Of a stretch of DNA of 64,000 bases, positions 1 to 8,769 are shown one piece after another. The position numbers and the translations under genes are program-made. Within the stretch, counting starts at the first letter, position 1. Every line of letters starts with the position of its first letter. This stretch comes from the human T2T-CHM13v2.0 reference genome, Homo sapiens. Location: NCBI RefSeq assembly GCF_009914755.1, contig NC_060938.1, one strand, 5' to 3'. The notes beneath the pieces are model-generated. The model saw nothing but the letters and a program-made list of their open reading frames with translations. It ran no database searches and had not been told where the DNA came from.

Positions 1-948
1 CCCACCTGCTCAGAAGGTCCTGCAAATGACTCTTGTCCCCCTACGAGAAAAGAGCCCACAGTCTCCTACCCAGGCAGGTGCAGCTACCACAGGTCTGTTG
101 CCAGGCGCCGGGCTTCAAAGGGGAGAGGCAAAGAACTGGAAGGCTGTCCCTCTGCCCATGGCCACCTCCTGAGATGCCTCCCAATTTGGCCCCACTTACC
201 AAGTGTCCCTGCTACCTCCTGGAGCACCCCCATCCCACCCCGCCCCACCCTGCCCTGCCCCTGGGCCCTGCCAGGCTGGGGGGCTCCTCGGGGGCAAAAA
301 CATGCCTGACTCCTTGTGTGCCCAGAGCCCCTCCAGGACCAGTGCTTGAGTGGAGGAGGCCTCCCTAAAGGTCAAACGGTCCAGGAGGACACCTGCCACC
401 ACAACACAGCCCTGGGCCTGCAGTGTAGCATCATCAGTGAACACACCACCACGCACATCACCGTCACCTCTTGCAGGCATCTCCGAGCCACAGCCACAGC
501 AATCGAGACTCCCTCTCCTCTCCGAGCTCTCTCCGTACACCTCGTCTCACTAACTTCACACAACCCTGGGACATCTGTGCTCTGAGGATCCCAAGCTTCA
601 GGCTTCAGCCAGAGCCCTGCGTGCCTCCCAAGCAGAGGGGCTGGGTTTCCGACCTGGCGTGGCCATGCACAGGCATGCGTGTGGCTCCGCTGCACCGCCC
701 GTGTTTATCTTCTGGACACCGGGAATCATAGCCAATCAGACTTTACCACCAGGGTAATCAGGGCAAAACCTGCAGCTGTTCCATGGCCCAAGCGGAGGAC
801 ACTGCGGCTGTACTTTGTCCCCTTATGGGAAGTATATCCTTCCTCTTGTTTTATTTTTTCTTCTCACTTGTGGTATCTTCTGGCATTCCAAAGCTTCTTA
901 GAGGAATCCTGAAATCCACTCTGGAACAAGGCTGGGTTTAAGTAAACA

Positions 949-997
<49 letters not shown>

Positions 998-1216
998 ATA
1001 CACACACATACACACACATACACACACATACATACACATACACACATACACACGTACACACACGTACACACACATACACACATACACACATACACACACA
1101 TACACATACACACATACACATACACACACATACACATACACACATACACACACATACACACACACATATACACACGTACACATACACACACACACGAACT
1201 CACACAGGCACACATA
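949..1216. repeat. (CA)n microsatellite decaying into (CATA/CACATA)n
   Basis: Pure CA run followed by interrupted CA/TA units. Confidence 0.95.
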
Positions 1217-3443
1217 TAGACTTTACACTTGCCCCTCATGTCATGGTGAACACAACACATTCAAACATTAGGCCCGCCTCTCCAGTGAAGAAACTGAGGC
1301 TCAGAGAAGCACATGGACCTGGGATGCCTATCTGCTGGTCGGTTGAACCCCACCTTTTTCCAGAGAGGATCACAGATGGAAAGGAGGGACTGACTCGCAA
1401 GGTGGCCCTCCAGCCAGCCTCAGGGCCCGGCTCAGAGCAAGATCTGTCTTGGCACAAGTAGCCCAGCATCCCAGTGCCCCACCCAGCTCCAGGCAGGACC
1501 CAGGCACCCACAGGCAACCTCTGGCAAGGCATCATCCTGTGCCCTGGGGTCTGGCTGAGCACCAGGGAGCACAGTAGCACTCATGCCAGGAACAAGTCAG
1601 AGCCCAGGCCGGGCTGGAGGGCCCTGAGCTGCGGCAGGAAGCGGGCAGGCGAAGGCGGTACTGGGTGGAAGTGGCAGAGCATGAGGCCAGGTAGGACCAG
1701 CACTGGGGCACCTTCGTCCTCAAGTGGGGCTCTCAGCAGCCGCAGAACAGCAGGTAGGGCCAGAATAGCGTCTCCTAGAACTTCCTAGGACCTTCTGGCG
1801 TGCAGAATGACCCATGGGGAAGGCACTGGAAAGTCACCACCCAACCCACTCCTGATGCAGACGAGACCTGAGGAAGGGGCCAGAGATGCACAGGGTCACA
1901 CAGCAAGTAGCCAGGGCACTGCCTCCTAGGCCTTCTCCTCTCCTTGGCCGGGAGCCCCAGACCTTCTCCAACCCCCAAATGCTGCCAAACACCCCTGCTA
2001 GATCCAGGCCCTGGGGCCCTGACAAGCTGTCCTGGCTGGGATCCCAGCCTGCCCAGTCACCCCAGAGTCCCGCCACCTCCCCTGTGCCTGCCTCAAACTC
2101 CCAGAGGGATGGAGGTCTGCCATGTTGAGGACACCGCTCAGACCAGAGCTCTGGGTCCCTCAGCCATCTCCCACCCCATCCCCTGCAGGGTGTCCCCATG
2201 ATCAACCTAGCCAAGTGTTTGGATAGAAGAATTCATTCTTAAAGTAAATGAGAAGGGTAAATACCTCCGTGGGAGGGCCCAGGTACCCGTGGGAAGACCT
2301 GTTTAGCCCAGAAAGGGAAACGGATTGGCCCAGTGACCAGGTGATGGGTGCATTCACCAGACACCACGCCCCAAGGGGACTTCCCAGGAAGTGTTGTCTG
2401 CTCACAGCGGCAGGTCCTGACCCACCGTGCTCAGCCCTGGCTGCCAACATGCCGCCCCAGCTCACTGCTGCAGGTGCGCAAAAGGACAGAGTGAAATACC
2501 CTGAGTTTCTCCCCAAACAAGGAGTTTTCAGTAAGTACACACCGCACTCATTTACTCCATTCACAAAGGTTTATTGGGTCCCTGCCTGGTGCTGGTTTGG
2601 GTTAGTCACTGTAGAGGATCCATCTGGGCCAGCCTGGGAGGGGCAGGTCTGGAGTCCGAGGCAGACACGAAACCGGGGGTGACACCCAGGGGCTGTGGAG
2701 GCTGCCATGCTGAGGACAGCTCTGGGAGGACCGCTGAAGAGGATGACTAGCGGGTGGGGAGTGGGGTTCAGCCATCTCCCGGGAGCTGGGAGGGCCCAGG
2801 TGGAGGTGAGGGCAGCAGAGGAGGAGGAGGAATGGGGGTCTCCAGGTAGAAAAAGGGAGCAGGGAATAGCATGAGTGGAAGCCCAGAGGAAGGAAAGTAC
2901 CCGGAGGGTCTCTGTGCTTCAAGAGGCCAGTGGAGGGGACAGAGACAAACGGCCAGTGGTGAAGCAGGGCTGACACCCTGGCAGCAAGGACACTGAGGCA
3001 CACACCTGCCATTCACCAGCACTCTCCTCCAGGTGTGCACCAGCTCCTGCCCGAAGCCTCAGGAGGTCCTCCTGCAGGGGAACACAGGGCCACCAGAACC
3101 CACCCCACCCCAGAGGGAAGTCTCAGTGACAGCCTCTCTGGGCCCTGGGAGCTGCTCTACTGGAATGGAGAGAGAGGCTGTACCCATTGCAAACCCGCCT
3201 ACCACGCCCCGCACTGGGGCAGTGAGGTCCGGCGGGGGGGTCCGCACCAGGGTTCACCAAACCCTCCCTTTCAAGGGAAGACTGCCCCAGGAGGATGGGC
3301 TTGGGATCAGAAGGCCATCCAAAGGCCAGCCCTCCCCTGGCTCTGCCAGGGCCCTGCTGCCTGTCCCCTCCCCGCCTCTCTCCAAGTTGTTCCTGGACAC
3401 CAAATGGACCCCATCCAACTTGTCCCTCCTTTTCTTTCCCCTG

Positions 3444-3461
3444 CCCGCCCCCTGCTGGAGT
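3444..3461 (-). promoter_or_regulatory. Candidate CTCF binding site
   Basis: CGCCCCCTGCTGG at 3446-3458; the reverse complement CCAGCAGGGGGCG matches the CTCF core consensus. Confidence 0.7.
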
Positions 3462-4138
3462 TGTAAGAGGGCAGGCAGAAAGGGAGGTGGGGGAGGCCCA
3501 GCCAGGCTGGGGGACAGGAGAAGCAGCCCCAGTTCTAACTCTGCTTCCCCCACAGCAGAGCCTGCCAGGCCCCCGAGGGCCGGGACCTCTGGGTGATGCC
3601 TGGCACTCCCCTAAGTCACAGGTGGAGCTGGGCCTTTGGCCAGTACTCTCCCTCCTGACCACTGGGATGGGACAAGACAGTAGGGGCAACAGGTAGGAAG
3701 GGCCAGGTCTAAGGTGAGCTGGGGGTGCAGCCCTAGAGAGAGGTAGGAAGGAGGGACAGGGGTTGCTCTGGAGGAGAGAGGGTTGCTCCAGAGGCAGAGG
3801 GAAAAGACAACTGGAGTGGGAGTCAGTGAGCCAGGTTCTGTGTTCCAAAGGCCAGCATTGCCTGGACCTTGGGTCTGTCCTCACCTGCATAAGAGGCTGC
3901 AGGAGCCAAATGGGCCTTCCAGCCTTGTCCAATATTATGGAGTCCCGAGGTGTGGAGTGTATTCTGTGGGCCCAAGAAACAGCAACAGATCCCCAGAACA
4001 GATGACAGCCCTAAAGAAAGGCTGCTTTCCTGAGCATCCCTGGGGCTAGAAAGAGTGTGGATCAGGTGCTTCCTATTGGGCTGGGCCTGCAGAGGGGACA
4101 AGAGGGGCCAGTCTTACAGCCACCCAGACCATACTTTC

Positions 4139-4210
4139 CACACACATGCACATGCGCACACACACTTGCACACACACACACACACACTTGCACACATATG
4201 CATGCACATG
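4139..4210. repeat. CA-rich simple repeat
   Basis: cacacatgcacatgcgcacacac... Confidence 0.8.
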
Positions 4211-5540
4211 CCACCAGATCTCAGCCAGCACAGAAAGGCTCTCCCAGCCTTAGGTGGCTTATGCATTTTCTGAAACTAACTGTGGGAAAAGGGCTTGGGG
4301 AACCATCCCATGTGCCTGCACCAAATGCTGTGTGGGTGGGGCAGGACACAAGCCCTACACTGACACCTCCCAGAAATCAGGGAATCAGAGCTTGAGAGAT
4401 TGTCCAGTAAAAGTTGGAACCCTCAACACCCCTTGACTCTGCCCAGGAGGAGCAACCTCAGAAGCCCCCCCAAACCTCCTCTCAGAGACCTGCCGAGTAG
4501 GAGGCTTCTCTCTCTACTCTCCTCCCCGCAAAAAAGAGGCCAGAAAAGAGGATGATTGGCTAACTCAGAGGTGCCCTGATGGAGGGGAGCAAACAAGGGG
4601 ACTTCCAAGGAGAATTCCCTAGCCCACCTGAAAGACCCCTACCCAGAGTGGTGAGGGGCAGCTTAGGAGCACTGACGCAAGGGGGAGAGACCAGGCTGGC
4701 TTCCCTCTACGTAGTAAGTTCCTGGGGTGTGCGCCCCTGCCCCAGACAGCAGAGAAATCGCCTGACTGGGAGATGGAGAAGAGGGGCCACCTTCTCATGC
4801 CACCCCGCCGCCAATCCTCCAGGCACACTCGGGCGCTTGACCTGCTGAAGCCTGTAGCCTCAGGTCCAGTGAGGAGCTCACGGGACAGAGGGCCCTACCA
4901 GAGCCACGAAAACCGGAGGGGGGGACCTCCGCCCAAGGCAGGCGTCTCTGCGCGCCCGCTGGGGCCCTGGTCCTGCAGTTGGCTTCTCCCGACACGTTCC
5001 TTCGCTGCCGAAAGCGATTCGCCCGCGCTCTACCGAGCCCAGCCAGCTCCTACCTCGGCCCGGGCGGCGAGCGCTGTCTCCGTCCCGAGAAGAAGTTTCG
5101 CGGCTGGTCCCGGGGCGGCAGGCGCACGGGACGCTGGCGGCGGCGGCGGCTTCCGACTTGGGCTCAGACCCCGCCGCTCCAGACAAGTCCCCGCGACTGC
5201 GACAGTGTCTCGGGCAGTTCAGCTCCCCAGACGGGAGACAGACCCTCGCGACCTGGTTCAGGCCTTGCCCTGGGGGACACTGCAGTCCAAGGCGAAAGGA
5301 GACTTGCTCCCGGCCTCTGGGTCCCTAGGTCAAGGCACCTCCCCGCCCCGCCGCCCCTGAGCCCAAGTCGCCAACCCCGCGCCGCGCGCAGCGAGGGATC
5401 AGAAGGTCTCGGACGCCGCGGCAGGGCCGGCCAGGGCCCCACGAGTTAGGGAGTTGCCCCGCACCCCTAAACGCTCAGCACCCATTTACGGTTGAAAGTA
5501 CGCACTTGACGCGTCCGGGCGCCTCCGCGGTGAGTCGCGC

Positions 5541-5676
5541 CGCCGCTCTCGGGGTCCGCGAAGGTGGCTCAGTTCGGGCGCTCCAGTCTCGACGTTCCCG
5601 GGGTAGAGAGCAACGTCCGGGGACGAACGGGACGGGTGCGCCCAGCGGCCGGGGCTGCGCTGGGCGAGGCAAGCGG
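5541..5676 (-). ncRNA. MIR1247: pre-miR-1247 hairpin (5p arm 5616..5637, 3p arm 5580..5603)
   Basis: The reverse complement of 5616-5637 is ACCCGUCCCGUUCGUCCCCGGA and of 5580-5603 is CCCCGGGAACGUCGAGACUGGAGC, which I recognise as mature miR-1247-5p/-3p. The two arms are complementary. Confidence 0.9.
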
Positions 5677-6619
5677 CGAGAGGGGAGCGCTCCGGCGTTC
5701 AGGCAACAGCTACCCCTAGTGGGAGAGCCGCCCGGGGCCGGCGCCGCCCCGCGCCCGCTGCCCCGCGCCCCACGCCCGTGGCGCCCCGCGCCCGGGTCGG
5801 CTGGGGGCGCAGGGCCGGCGCCGCTTTCCCCAGCTCTCCGGTCTCCGGCGCCCGGCGGTAACCCGCCCGCGGGCTCTGCCCTCCGCACCTCTCAGCCCGG
5901 CCCCGGCGGCCGCTGACCCAGGAACCGCGGCGCCCCGCTGGAACGAGATGGGACGGGGCGGGCGCGGCCAGGGCGGCGCGGGCTGGGGCGGCGCGCGGCA
6001 GCCTCGGGCAGCGGCGGGGGGCGCGGAGCGCGGTGTGCGTGGCGGGGCGGTGCGGGGGGCGGCCGTGTGCGAGGCGCGAGTGTGAGCGCGCGCGGGAGGC
6101 GGGCGGGCGGGCTCCGGCAGGCGAGCGGCGCCCGCGGGCGAGCCAGGAAGGCGGCGGGAACGCAAAGTTGCCTCCTCGCTGGCCCGCGTCCTCGGTGGGG
6201 CGGGAGCCGGGGCCACCGAAGCGGCGGCCGCGGACCCGGCCTCCCGCGGCACCTGGGCAGCGGCCCCGCACGAGCGGCAGCGGCGTGGGCGGCGTTGGCG
6301 GCGGCGCGCGGGAAGCGAACCGGAGCTCCGGCGCGGCTCGGCGGCCGCCGGGGAGCTCGGCTCAGGTGCGCGGCGAGGGGGGCGCGGGCCGGAGCCAGGC
6401 GGCGGGGACCAGGGCGGCGCGCAGCGCTCGCGCCAGCTGGAGGACCTCCCCAGCGGACGCCCAGGTCCCTGGTCGGGCTCCCGGTCCCCAGCGGCAGCGG
6501 CTGCCGGAGTCCCCCGCCCCCGAGAGCTGGCTGCGGGGCCCGGGCCCGCCCCCACCGGCCCCAGGCCCGGCCGCTCCGCCCTCCGCCCGCCTGCGCCCGC
6601 CCTCAGCCCAAGATTTCTA

Positions 6620-6750
6620 GGGCATTGGCCGCGCTGCTGGGTGATCCCTCCGGGCTCAAGTTGCAAGGGGGCGGGCCGGGCCGGAGGTGGAGTCTCCCGC
6701 CAATTGAAGCCTCCGCTATAAATTGAACTCCCTGCACTGCTGAAGCCCAG
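6620..6750 (+). promoter_or_regulatory. DIO3 proximal promoter (TATA, CCAAT, GC boxes)
   Basis: TATAAA 6717-6722, CCAAT 6700-6704, inverted ATTGG 6624-6628, GC box GGGGGCGGG 6667-6675. Confidence 0.85.
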
Positions 6751-7665
6751 ATGCCTCGCCAGGCCACGTCGCGGTTGGTGGTCGGAGAGGGCGAGGGGTC
6801 CCAGGGGGCTTCGGGGCCTGCAGCCACCATGCTCCGCTCCCTGCTGCTTCACTCCTTGAGGCTCTGCGCCCAGACCGCCTCGTGCCTCGTGCTCTTCCCG
6901 CGCTTCCTCGGCACGGCCTTCATGCTCTGGCTTCTCGATTTCTTGTGTATCCGCAAGCATTTCCTGGGCCGCCGCCGCCGGGGGCAGCCCGAGCCCGAAG
7001 TGGAGCTCAACAGTGAAGGCGAGGAGGTGCCTCCCGATGACCCGCCCATCTGCGTGTCCGACGACAACCGCCTGTGCACCCTGGCGTCGCTCAAGGCGGT
7101 GTGGCATGGCCAGAAGTTGGATTTCTTCAAGCAGGCGCACGAGGGCGGTCCGGCGCCCAACTCCGAGGTGGTTCTGCCCGACGGCTTCCAGAGCCAGCAC
7201 ATCCTCGACTACGCGCAAGGGAACCGCCCGCTGGTTCTCAATTTCGGCAGCTGCACCTGACCACCGTTCATGGCGCGCATGAGCGCCTTCCAGCGCCTGG
7301 TCACTAAGTACCAGCGCGACGTCGACTTCCTCATCATCTACATCGAGGAAGCGCACCCCTCCGACGGCTGGGTCACCACGGACTCTCCCTACATCATCCC
7401 ACAGCACCGGAGCCTGGAGGACCGGGTCAGCGCAGCGAGGGTACTGCAGCAAGGTGCACCCGGCTGCGCTCTGGTCCTCGACACCATGGCCAACTCCAGC
7501 AGCTCGGCCTATGGCGCCTACTTCGAGCGTCTCTATGTCATCCAGAGTGGCACTATTATGTACCAGGGCGGCCGTGGCCCCGACGGCTACCAGGTCTCTG
7601 AGCTGCGCACTTGGTTGGAACGCTATGATGAGCAACTGCACGGCGCTCGGCCCCGGAGGGTGTAA
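6751..7665 (+). CDS. DIO3: Type 3 iodothyronine deiodinase, a single-exon selenoprotein. 304 aa from ATG 6751 or 278 aa from ATG 6829; the in-frame TGA 7258-7260 is Sec170 (Sec144 in the short form).
   Basis: ORFs 6751..7260 and 7270..7665 are in the same frame, joined by TGA-CCA-CCG-TTC. The merged protein has an N-terminal TM segment ([22 protein letters not shown]) and the deiodinase motifs [30 protein letters not shown] and [10 protein letters not shown]. It ends at TAA 7663-7665, with a SECIS and AATAAA downstream. Confidence 0.99.
7258..7260 (+). other. DIO3: UGA selenocysteine codon (catalytic Sec)
   Basis: TGA falls exactly at the catalytic position of the SCTUPPF motif, and coding sequence continues in frame for 134 more codons. 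Confidence 0.97.
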
Positions 7666-8231
7666 ACATCCAACGGACAATTGACTGAACTTGGTGGGCT
7701 GGGCCTTCGAGCCTTCGAAGCCCACGTGCAAGCGCCTCAAACCAAGTCACGCTTGGCGAGGCCCCAGTGACACTGATGTGCTGAGCCACCATTTCAGACT
7801 GAGTCTGCACCCTCAGCCACATGAACAATCTCCCCTACCTCCCTGGGACTCTGCTTCTGTAACTGTCTCATTCACACCTGCCTGGCTCACTGGAAATCCT
7901 CTTTTGAGCGCGGGATATGGCTTGCCCTTGTCCGTGTGCCCCCAGGACTTTGCCTCTACAGCATTTTCTTACACCCCCTCCCCAGCGTGCCCTCAGCCAA
8001 GTGCTTTGGCCCGGTGCTTCCCGCAGCTGCACAGAGACCTTGGCCACGCCCGCGCGCCCTGAGCGCAGCTGGGTTCCAGGAGACTCTCAGCTCAGCTGAG
8101 CTAGTTGCCTGGCACCCACCTGTCGCGCGCGGAGAGGGGGTTCCCTGTTGCTTTTGTGTCTGTTTCCTGTCCCTGGTAGGGGAAGTGATGTCGTGGATGG
8201 GGAGGGGTGGGCAGGGTAGTTTCCCCCGCTT

Positions 8232-8335
8232 GTTTTGGGTGCACAGGAGCCCCACTGCTGATGACGAACTATCTCTAACTGGTCTTGACCACGAGCTAGT
8301 TCTGAATTGCAGGGGCCTCAAAGCAGCACCTAAAC
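8232..8335 (+). promoter_or_regulatory. SECIS element (form 2) in the DIO3 3'UTR
   Basis: Core ATGAC 8261-8265 / TGAA 8303-8306 (tandem G.A quartet). Helix II GAACTATCTC 8266-8275 / GAGCTAGTTC 8293-8302 (9 of 10 pairs). Unpaired AA 8277-8278. Apical ministem TGGT(C)..(G)ACCA 8280-8291. Helix I CCC-A-CTGC / GCAG-GGG. Basal stem TTTGGGTGC 8234-8242 / GCACCTAAA 8326-8334. Confidence 0.95.
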
Positions 8336-8681
8336 CTTGAGGGGGAGGGTGCTCTGGGTTTCCGTGAGGTAACCACCTTAAATGGGAGGGAAGTTGGGGT
8401 GTCTGCTTTGGGACCAGAGGAAGATAGCTTGAGAGGCATTGGCGAGGTTCGCAGCGCCCCAGGGAGAGAGAAAAAGCTGAGACTCCTGGGGAATGACGTT
8501 GGGGTGATGGAGTCCGGGGAAAGAGAGGTGGGGGGAGAGCCTGAGGTCCCCAAGTGAGGGGAGTCCTAGGCAGAGCTGCTGATTGTGGGGCTGGGAGGTG
8601 GAGGGCCCCTGATTCGAAGGCCATTTGGTGAGTGTTTTGCTGGAAATATTTCCTGTATATAAACTTCTTTCAATCTACAAT

Positions 8682-8687
8682 AATAAA
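8682..8687 (+). terminator. DIO3 polyadenylation signal AATAAA
   Basis: AATAAA with an upstream TGTA (8654-8657) and a downstream T/GT-rich tract (8703-8740). Confidence 0.85.
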
Positions 8688-8769
8688 GGCTTGAGGTAAA
8701 CTGCTTTCTGGTTGCCTTTGGTCCCTTTATTTTCTTTTCCCTCTGAATAGCGGCAGGAATTAAACACAA

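Larger units (their letters stand above)
1..5700 (-). ncRNA. DIO3OS: DIO3 opposite-strand lncRNA (MIR1247 host); extent and exons not resolvable from sequence
   Basis: Known locus organisation, plus a minus-strand miRNA hairpin in the CpG island head-to-head with DIO3. Coordinates are approximate. Confidence 0.55.
4900..7700. promoter_or_regulatory. CpG island covering the MIR1247/DIO3OS 5' region and the whole DIO3 CDS
   Basis: Very high GC and CpG density by inspection. Confidence 0.9.

Noticed and set aside
864-1260. Cys/Val-rich ORFs
   Set aside because: Translations of the (TG)n microsatellite.
6751-7665. Two separate small genes (169 aa and 131 aa), or a pseudogene with a premature stop
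   Set aside because: Same frame, TGA at the catalytic residue, SECIS present: this is one selenoprotein CDS.
5716-7740. 674-aa antisense ORF overlapping DIO3
   Set aside because: It is in codon register with DIO3 and stays open because the GC3-rich CDS avoids TTA/CTA/TCA and the CpG island lacks stops. The product is low-complexity with no recognisable domain.
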